Below, in pieces: positions 55,208 through 64,000 of a stretch of 64,000 nucleotides of DNA; within the stretch, counting starts at the first letter, position 1, and the number at the start of each line of letters is the position of its first letter. Below the pieces are notes generated by a model. It was not told where the DNA came from and did not search any database. It saw nothing but the letters and a program-made list of their open reading frames with translations. Source of the stretch: Octopus sinensis (lineage: Eukaryota); assembly GCF_006345805.1 (NCBI RefSeq), contig NC_042998.1:15996001-16060000 (forward strand), given 5' to 3'. The translations under genes were made by a program, and so were the position numbers.

Positions 55208-56000
55208 ATTATACCATGTAGCGGTTGAATCAGTATCAAAAATGATAAGGATTTACGAACGGTTACTTGTCTTCTTTTAAGTTGCCTATTGTGGGAGATG
55301 CGACCTGTTTGTATTGCAGATATGGCCGTCTTAAGGCAGGATTACAGAGGGCAATTGGCCGGGAACAACACAAGTCTAGGTTCCCAATTCTAATCTATGT
55401 ATGCTGTGCCTTGCTGACAATAAATAAATACTATAGTGCTCAAGGTATTGATATTCCCGGGCGACAATAACGTTGCTAAGACTTCCTTAAAGTGGGTTTC
55501 CTTATTTGTATGCCCAAATGCAAGCAGATATAGTAAGTTTTCATAAAATACGTTCCAACTGACCATCTCAAATTTCTTGCCAAGCAACAATGCTACAGTG
55601 TTATATCAGGTGATAAGTGTCTATAATTATTTTGCAATATTATGTTATATATTTATTAGGCGAGATAGTTTCTTAGTATTGGTTTTCATCAAGAAAATGA
55701 AATTTACTGGAAAATAGTTAGTTTTAACCACTATGTTATATATGAAACTTATTAACCTAAAACATGTACATGATGTTCTTTATTTGTGAGTAATGCTCTT
55801 TGTCAATATTATAACATCTCATTAGCCTTGTGATTAATTAAGTCGTTCAAAATAAAGGGTGCTTCGGTTGTATTTAACTCCGTGGCAAGTTGAGAAAGTT
55901 TATTATTTAGTACCCTTGTCCTAAAATATGTGTGCGCGTGTAACCTAGCTCTTTTATACATAGATACATACATACATACATACAACATACATACATACAT

Positions 56001-56047
<47 letters not shown>

Positions 56048-56107
56048 ATATATATATATATATATATGTAAATATATATATATATTGGCGTATATATATA
56101 TATATAT

Positions 56108-56523
56108 AGGCGCTGGAGTGGCTGTGTGGTAAGTAGCTTGCTAATCAACCACATGGTTCCGGATCCAGTCCCACTGCGTGGCATCTTGGGCAAGTGTATT
56201 CTGCTATAGCCCCGGGCCGACCAATGCCTTGTGAGTGGAGTTGGTAGACGGAAACTGAAAGAAGCCTGTCATATATATGTATATATATATATATGTGTGT
56301 GCGTGTTTGTGTGTCTGTGTTTTTTCCTCTAGCATTGCTTGACAACCGATGCTGGTGTGTTTTCGTCCCCGACACTTAGCGGTTCGGCAAAAGAGACCAG
56401 AATATAGAATAGTACTGGGCTTCCAAAGAATAAGTCCCGGGGTCGATTTGCTCGACTAAAGGCGGTGCTCCAGCATGGCCGCAGTCAAATGACTGAAACA
56501 AGTAAAGAGTAAAAGAGTAAGAG
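56108..56523 (+). mobile_element. SINE family B, full length
   Basis: A box TGGCTGTGTGG, B-box-like GGATCCAGTCC, CTTGGGCAAG core, GAGTAAAA tail. Confidence 0.9.
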
Positions 56524-56534
56524 TATATATATAA

Positions 56535-56578
<44 letters not shown>

Positions 56579-56581
<3 letters not shown>

Positions 56582-57550
56582 GGGATCTAATGCGCTTGGC
56601 TTAGATTTCCCTTGGCGGCTGCCCAAATCGGAGCAATCTCAAGATTAATCAGCCGAAATTGCTAAGATGATCTGGTTCTTGACTGATGACTGAGGGCTTC
56701 GAATGTCCCGTCCTGTGGTTCTTGTGTCGTCTCTTTGGTGTTCATGTTCTTGTCCATGTCTGTAATTATTTTTACTGTTTACATATAATCGGCGGCTACG
56801 TATCCACAATTGTCCTTATACGATAAGTATATTTTCTCTAGCATTGATACGACTCTTGATCTGTCTCTTTCTCTCTCTCTCTCTCCTCCCTTATTCCCCT
56901 TCCTTTCTTTCCTCTCCATCCGTCTCCCCCCCCTTCTACGTTTCTCTATCTCTCTCACCTCCAGTCCCCTCGATCTGTCTCTTTTTCTTCTCCTCCCTCG
57001 TCCACCTTCTCTCTCTTTTCATCTGTCCCTTTCTCCTGTCTTTTGTTCTCACGTGACCGCTAGCCACTGCTGAGCGCCCTTTTCGTTCCAGCAGTCGCCG
57101 AAGCAACACGTATTTGTTCGTATCCCTGCGGCCATTAGGCACAACTTCATAAGCCAGCCTAAAGTCAACTCGTCCTGTCGAAAGACCCTGTCCTACGTCC
57201 TGGTTTTGTTTTGTTTTTTATTTTTACCGTTATTGTTTTTACGTTTTTGTATTCTTATTGGTGTCACGTATTCTGTATTTTTGTTCGTGTACTTCGTTCG
57301 TTTTCCGTCCTCGTGTTGTATACATTCGAAGCTTTCTTCCAGGGGATCTAATGCGCTTGGCTTAGATTTCCCTTGGCGGGCTGCCCAAATCGGAGCAATC
57401 TCAAGATTAATCAGCCGAAATTGCTAAGATGATCTGGTTCTTGACTGATGACTGAGGGCTTCGAATGTCCCGTCCTGTGGTTCTTGTGTCGTCTCTTTGG
57501 TGTTTCATGTTCTTGTCCATGTCTGTAATTATTTTTACTGTTTACATATA
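56579..57550 (+). mobile_element. Non-coding element with ~208-bp terminal direct repeats, inserted in (TA)n (pLTR/retrozyme-like)
   Basis: 56579-56787 is nearly identical to 57340-57550. Homologous fragment at 21880-22000 (-). Confidence 0.8.
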
Positions 57551-57816
57551 TATATATATACATATATAAGGTATGTACGTACGTTATGTATATGTAGGGC
57601 GCGAGCAATATATGTTCCGAATGGAAATTTTAGCTTCAGGCACAGACCAAGAAGTTGACGGTTCTTTTACAGAATATGAATATAAAACGGGAAGAAAAGA
57701 ACAGAAGAGGAGAAGCAAATAAGAAAAGTCTAGTCGAAAGAAATCACGGGTGTTCATTTGCTTACAAAATACAGCAGTTCTTACGATGCATAGCCCCCCC
57801 ACACACACCACACACA

Positions 57817-58020
57817 AAATGTGACCGCTTGTGTACCGTTGGTGAATTTTTTCCTCTGTCTTCCCCTCTCTAGATCTTTCCTTCTCCTATGTTTCCGACG
57901 AAGAGCTCCGCTCGAAACGTTAAACCCTCCTTCTTTCCTTCTTTCCTGAGCGTCCAATAATACTGTATTTGTTCCACGTCCTCGCGTTGTGTTATTTTTT
58001 GTGCTTTCATTTTTCGATAA

Positions 58021-58025
<5 letters not shown>
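57817..58025 (+). mobile_element. ~200-bp (TA)n-associated family with minimal hammerhead motif
   Basis: GTTT-CCGACGA-A-GAGC TCC GCTC-GAAA-CG-TT-AAAC (57891-57925). Copies at 60283-60477 (-, CTGACGA), 51922-52122 (-) and 52237-52415 (+). Confidence 0.75.
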
Positions 58026-58066
<41 letters not shown>

Positions 58067-58769
58067 CGTAGGTTTGTATTTATGTAGGTATGTATATTTT
58101 TTTCTAGTAAAGTAGTCGTATATACACACGTGTAAACTATCCTTTTTTTTGATGGGTTAAAGCTCTTAGAAGCGGCCCAAACACTTTTTACCTAACCCGA
58201 TAAGTGTTCTGATAATTAGCTTTTCACTTAACATGACAATCAGATACATATTTTTAAATATTGCTTTGCCGTTGGAAATGTTGCAGTGTTTATCATACTC
58301 TCTGAGTAAAAATTTATAAACAAGCCCTCTTGTTTATTATTAAAAGCAAAAACCATGTAAAATGGCAGAGGAATAATGAATAGAGTACCTGACCTACATA
58401 AGGGTATTACGAAGAAAAATCAATTTCAAATTTCATCTTTTAGTAAAAGAAGTGTTTCAATTTTATTCTCGCATTCAGCTGCTGTGAACAATAACTGATA
58501 AGTTGGCTGCAGTATATATTGTAAATATTTGCTTAGCGGTCTTGCTGGAGAATAAACGTAATAAACATTGTCTTAGTGTTCGTTACCCATGCTTTCATGA
58601 ACTACTTTTCAAACTACTTATTTTGACTTCGATGTTCATGGGATTGCTTTAAGGCTTGAGAAGAATCCCTGCGGCACAGAGGTGCAAATGTAATGTCTGA
58701 GTTTTTTTTCCCTAGAATGTGCCTTCATTAATTAATCTACCAATAATTATCCCGACATGTGTACACAAA

Positions 58770-58814
<45 letters not shown>

Positions 58815-58976
58815 AAAATATATACACACACATTCATATATATATATATATATATTCAAACATATAAGGGATGGGCATAATAGGACATCCGACTCACTGG
58901 AAAGAGCAGCTAAACTCCAAACCACTAATAGTTGTAATTCTGAAATGGAAAGAGAAATAAAAACGTTTACCCTCTC

Positions 58977-59060
58977 CTTTCTGGACTATGCATAGTTTCG
59001 GCAATCTTTTGTAAATAAAATAAATTTATTTACGACTGGCGTTGCCTCTTCAGGAGAAAG
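58977..59060 (-). ncRNA. Type I hammerhead ribozyme motif in a (TA)n-flanked element
   Basis: CTTTCTC-CTGAAGA-GGCAA..TTGCC-GAAA-CTATGCATAG-TC-CAGAAAG. Palindromic stem III, GUC site. Confidence 0.8.
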
Positions 59061-60124
59061 CCAAGGACTACCATATAGTCACTACCGTATATATATATAT
59101 ATATATATATAAATATATATATAAGTGTATATATAAGTGTAGGTATTTGTATATGTGTGCATGTATGTGTGTTTGTGACGCTGTAGAGGGTGGCAAATTG
59201 GGCACGTACAAATATAGCTCTATATCATCTGTGAAACAGGTGAAAACTTCCTGGGGATCCAATCTCAAGTACATTGCAATAATTCAGACGGATACCTTGC
59301 ATTAGAACAGCTACCTGAAACTATATGGTATTCTCATCAGTGAAGATTGCAGGATCCTTCTGCTCGGCACCCTTCAACGTTCATGATTGACACGCATGTA
59401 AGACACATGATGTATCTCCATCACACCATATCGCACTGAAAAGAGAAAATTATTCAGGCTAACTAAATTTTTATGCATAAACTTGCATGCATGCATCTAT
59501 ATACTCAAATATCACTTAAAATGCGACTAATTTATTTAAGGGACACGATAGATGTTTGGCCAGATTATTAGAATGTTCTATCAATACACCACAAACAAAT
59601 CTCATTTATTATATTTTTACTCCTCCCACTTCATTTAACCATCTACATTTTTTCATCGATCATGTTTATTGATTTCCTACTCCTCTAAACCCCATCGCTT
59701 TTCTCACATACAGTTCATCACTCTCTGATGTAACAATAACTTATATTTGCAGCATCACACACAACGATGGACACTTTCTCAAAAAATATTGCTTGTTAAT
59801 CAAATTTCAGAATAGGATTGACATAATAGGCATCTTCGGAATCATGGACAATGAACAGACAATTTTATGCGTTCATGTTATTTTTCATCGAATATCTTCC
59901 TGACATTGTGCAATACCATGTTATAATGTTTGTATTATACCTTTTATATTATTCGTTACTCTCATTTGAATCGACGCTAGTACCTATTTTTTTGTTAAGC
60001 TTGTTGCTTATTCTATCGGTCTCTGTTGCCGGGCCGCCAAGTTACAGAGACGTAAACAACAATCGTTGTTTGCCAAGCAGTGGTGCGGACAATGACAGAC
60101 ACAAAGACACACACATGCACAAGC

Positions 60125-60169
<45 letters not shown>

Positions 60170-60217
60170 TATATAATATATATATATAATATATATATAT
60201 AATATAAATATATATAT

Positions 60218-60262
<45 letters not shown>

Positions 60263-60282
60263 ATATAAATATATATATATAT

Positions 60283-60477
60283 AAAGTTAATCCAAACATG
60301 AAAACACAACAACGCGAAGACGTGGAACAAGTATAGTATTAGTGGACGCTCAGGAAAGAAGGAAGAAGAAGGGTTTAACGTTTCGAGCGGAGCTCTTCGT
60401 CAGAAACATATGAAAAGGAAAGATCCAAAGAAGGGAAGACAGAGGAAAAAAATCGCCAACGGTACACACGCGGTCAT
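60283..60477 (-). mobile_element. Copy of the 57817-58025 family with intact CTGACGA core (60373-60407)
   Basis: Reverse complement reads GTTTCTGACGAAGAGCTCCGCTCGAAACGTTAAAC. Confidence 0.75.
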
Positions 60478-60720
60478 ATATATATATATAAAATATATAT
60501 ATATATGTATATGTTTATATATATGCATACATATATTTATATATACATATATATATACATATACATACACACACATATACATTAAATACAGGTTAAAATA
60601 GCCTTATTAATAAAAGATCCAATGAATTATTGCTTCATTGCTTGTTAGTTTTTCTCTTTTTTGTGCGAATAGCAATAATCATTAATAATAGGTTTAAGTA
60701 TAAATCTTGGTTTATAAATA

Positions 60721-61143
60721 TTCAAATAAATATTCAGAAAATATGGAAGTAGCATTAATACAATTTATTAACTGCAAAAAGTCAACATATTCTCCTCCAA
60801 ATCTTTCGATTTCGCCCAAAGATCAAATTCCAGTAATTAAATCAGTATACTGGACAACATTTCATCAGAGTAGTAGAAAAAGAGGTACCGATAGGCTATT
60901 AAATGTTATATTTCCAAATAATCTCAGCAGACTGTCGGGATATTTGGAAACATAACATCTAGTAATCTAACAGTAGATCTTTTTCTATTCCCGTGATGAG
61001 ATTTTGCCGAATGCAATGATTTAATTACTGGAATTTGATCTTTGGGCAAAATCGAAAGATTTGTAAGAGAATATGTTGAAATTTTGCAGGTAATAAATCG
61101 TATTTTTTTATGCTACATCCACATTTTCTGTACTTCAATTTGA
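60721..61143. repeat. ~420-bp imperfect foldback (palindromic) element
   Basis: CAAATCTTTCGATTTCGCCCAAAGATCAAATTCCAGTAATTAAATCA is mirrored by TGATTTAATTACTGGAATTTGATCTTTGGGCAAAATCGAAAGATTTG. Symmetry runs to a centre near 60928. Confidence 0.85.
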
Positions 61144-61276
61144 GCATATATATATATATATGTGTGTGTGTGTGTATGTGAGTGTGTGTGTGAATGTATA
61201 AGTAAGTAAATGTGTGTGTATTTATTTATTTTTATATTTATATTTATTTATAACTTAACCTTATGTACTTTCTAAA

Positions 61277-61400
61277 ATCTCTGAGGAGGCCTAGAGAAAC
61301 GCCCAAGTACCTCAATTTCATCTACTTATTACTTCAGTCTACTAAAGGAATAAAGGTAGAATGAGGTATTTTTGCCTCTTGGCTGAAACAGCTGTAAGAT
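61277..61400 (+). ncRNA. Canonical type I hammerhead ribozyme motif with extended stem II
   Basis: ATCT-CTGAGGA-GGCCTAGAG..CTCTTGGCT-GAAA-CAGCTG-TA-AGAT. Palindromic stem III, GUA site. Confidence 0.85.
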
Positions 61401-61621
61401 ATTTTCTCAATTTATATTCCTGTATGTTATATTTTAATAATTGCTGGTATCCTTATATATTAATATATTTATATGTAAAGCATAATATATTATACATGTA
61501 TGTATATACTTGTAATTGTCATTTTAGTAAGTAAATAAATAAGTTGACGTAATATAATGTCGAAAAGTTGATAAACTACCTATTGATCCCCTCCATTTTT
61601 TTATTGCTCTCTCTCTCTCTC

Positions 61622-61660
<39 letters not shown>

Positions 61661-62179
61661 CCATGTAAATCCTATTGATACTGACAAGTGATATTGCAGC
61701 TTCGCCACCCGCGATTGTGTAAGCATTACTAATGAGTATTATTTTTCATGTGAAACTGACGTGTTAATCTAATGCCCTCGCTTGTTGTGGGGAGGTTGTC
61801 TCCCTTGTCAGCATATAAAACATGTGGTTTTGTAGCTAAAGAGTCTTTGGCTCCTATTTCTAGTGATGCTAGTGGTAGTTGGATCCGTGATCACGTATCA
61901 GTAACGGTGGCTCATTTTCTTTTTGGTTTTCAATAGCGTGTAGCCACCAAAATTGTTGTTTTTGTTGTTGTTGTTGTTGTTGTTGTTATTATTATTATTA
62001 TTATTTTTATTGTTATTATATATTTTTTATTATTTTATTATTTTATTGGTTCCAGCTGAAAGCTGTGGTTATGCTGGAGTACCACCATCTTGCAGCACTG
62101 TTATTATTGAGAGCCTCCTCTGATATGTGACATTTGTTGAATAGGGGTGTTTGATGTTGCTGCCTTCATTTGCGCTTTC

Positions 62180-62770
62180 TACCACGAGGTACGTTCATCT
62201 GAGACTCTCGACAGGAAGAGATCCAGTATTGTATTGATAACACCTACATCAATCCCTTCCAGTTTCTTCCAGATGTATATTAATACATATTGCTCCAACC
62301 TTCGCTCCAGGGTGTGCAGTCTTAGCTGTTTCAGCTTTTGCCTGTAGCTGAGTTGTTGCAATGTGACGATCTTTCTGTAGCTTCACTAGATTGTTTCAAA
62401 CTCCGCTGTTAATTTTAAACTGTTGGGTAACCATAGTTGGGAGCAGTAGTCCTGTCGGCTGAGGACGAAAGTCCTCCAGCTCATCGTCATAGTTTCCTTC
62501 TCTCTGGTTCAGAAGTTTCTTAAAATCAAGCCAGCAAGCTTCTGCAATTTGTCACCATCTCGGCAATCTGCACTTGGAAAGATGTATCAACACTCATGTC
62601 AATGCCCAGGTGACACACTGATGTCTTTCGTATCGTCTGCGTCGCTAGCAAGAGGGCCAACTGAGAGAGCCACTATGAAAAGCAGTGGTCCCAAGACAGC
62701 GCCCCGTGGAACACCACTCACTATTTGTGTTACCTTTCAGGTAACTCCACTGGTCACCACTGCCTGTTTC
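62180..62770 (-). mobile_element. Degenerate CR1-group LINE RT/C-terminal fragment
   Basis: SGVPRGAVLGPLLFIV, DADDTK, LSYRQKLKQLRLHTLERRLEQYVLIYIWK. Confidence 0.8.
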
Positions 62771-63404
62771 TATCTTCTATATAATAGACGTCTTTCAGTT
62801 TTTCGTTTACCAAATCCATTCATAAGTTTTTTCTTGGGCCCGATGCACTTGCCCAAGGTGCCATGTAGTAGGGCTACGCCCCAAGCCATGTCTGCATCGA
62901 TGTTTAGTCTTCATGATTTATTTTAATAACGACAGGAATTTGGTAAATTCCTTAGTACGTCTTAGCGACATTTCTTCCGGCTTTACGTTTCGAGCTCAAG
63001 TATCAAGTCAGTTTACCCTTCGTTTTGTTTTTCCGAGCCAATAAAATACGTACCATTTGAAGAATGGGTTTGATATAATTCACTAGTCTCCTTCACACAT
63101 ATTTCAGGCCTTTTGCCTATAGTAGAAGGGATTATTATTATCAGAGCTATCAATTTTATATTCAATTTTTCTTTTTGCCTTTATTTTATTGTTACCTGCA
63201 CTTTCAGGCAACGATAAACAACGTTTCCCAATATTATGTGGCTTGTAATGGAATGGTGCTGAACAAATTTTTACCAAATATTAAATTGGTGCTTCATTAG
63301 CTTTTTGTGTTCTTCTTTGATTTATACAAAAATACACACACTCACACATAGAGAGGCATACATACACACACATATATATATATATATTATATATATATCC
63401 ATAT

Positions 63405-64000
63405 ATCGTAGCAGCAATAAATGAGGTCAAACATTACTCCGCTGTAGGCCCTGATAGATTTCCCGCCAGTCTCCTGAAGGAATGTAGATATCAACTTGCA
63501 GTCCCTCTGACCAACCTCTGGAGAAACTCGTTAGACGCAGGTTATATACCGAAAAAGTTTCTATCCCAGTCGGTCATCCCGGTTTTCAAACAGGGAAACA
63601 GATCCCTCGCAGTCAACTATCGCCCAATCTCACTCACCTCCCACATCATTAAAGTGTTTGAAAGAGTGTTAAGATCAAGGATAGCTGACTTCCTGGAGAC
63701 CCACAAACTCCTAAATTCAAATCAACATGGCTTTCGCTGTGGCAGGGACTGTCTAACACAGCTCTTACACCACATTGAAGATGTACTCAAAGCCTTGGGA
63801 ACAGGTTCGAACTCTGACGTCATATACCTTGACTTCAGTAAGCGTTCGACAGGGTAGACCATAACATCCTACTCTCAAAATTGGCAAATGTTGGAATCCG
63901 TGGAACAGTTCCCACTGGATTCAGTATTTCCTAGCGAATAGAACACAGCATGTTGTAGTTGATGAGTCCACTCAAACCAGCAAAAGTCACCAGCGGTGTT
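63405..64000 (+). mobile_element. 5'-truncated CR1-group LINE reverse transcriptase (frameshifted; runs off window)
   Basis: GPDRFPASLLK...VIPVFKQG...NYRPISLTSHIIKVFERV...NQHGFR...VIYLDFSK/AFDRVDH. Confidence 0.9.

Larger units (their letters stand above)
46756..59435 (-). pseudogene. Decayed TRPM-like channel gene, copy D (convergent with copy C)
   Basis: Minus-strand collinear remnants: AG| at 59435 then FQVAVLMQGIRL (59320-59285), HYICT/LCAAGIL (~58700), SWNVFYENLLYLLAF (~55560), AG|HKSLRNCKTFINCYI*WNI (54796), MKLCYSLTLLFFENLQ (54698-54651), MEVWQEEFY..RPILS..QHIIYML (54041-), RYLKDFENNQ (50025-49996), and coiled-coil-like exon LLIDEKHELENMKAAFSELRYALE../ADEKHLKGQVTLELQR|GTAAGT (46883-46756). 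Confidence 0.55.

Noticed and set aside
59283-59344. Minus-strand CTGATGA..GTC hammerhead-like motif
   Set aside because: GAAA is replaced by TAAT and there is no stem III. It overlaps the FQVAVLMQ coding remnant of copy D, so probably chance.

Overview
AT-rich, microsatellite-dense eukaryotic DNA with no intact host gene visible. The SINE repertoire and (TA)n/(ATGT)n load point to a coleoid cephalopod, most likely Octopus (inference). Almost all ORFs in the track are microsatellite artefacts or transposon remnants. Three layers are visible. (1) Mobile elements: four tRNA-derived SINE types (several with clear TSDs), R4/Dong-type, CR1-group and Penelope-like retroelement fragments, mariner/Tc1 remnants and a Helitron. 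(2) A set of (TA)n-embedded, often palindromic non-autonomous elements carrying type I hammerhead-ribozyme motifs, including one with a compensatory G3-C8 core swap. (3) Hidden in the unique DNA between the repeats, a collinear series of decayed exons. I read these as four heavily pseudogenised TRPM-like channel genes (three on +, one on -). This call rests on by-eye matches to remembered TRPM motifs and needs an HMM/tBLASTn check. A 986-bp, TSD-flanked, ORF-bearing insert of unknown identity sits inside a SINE at 37 kb.
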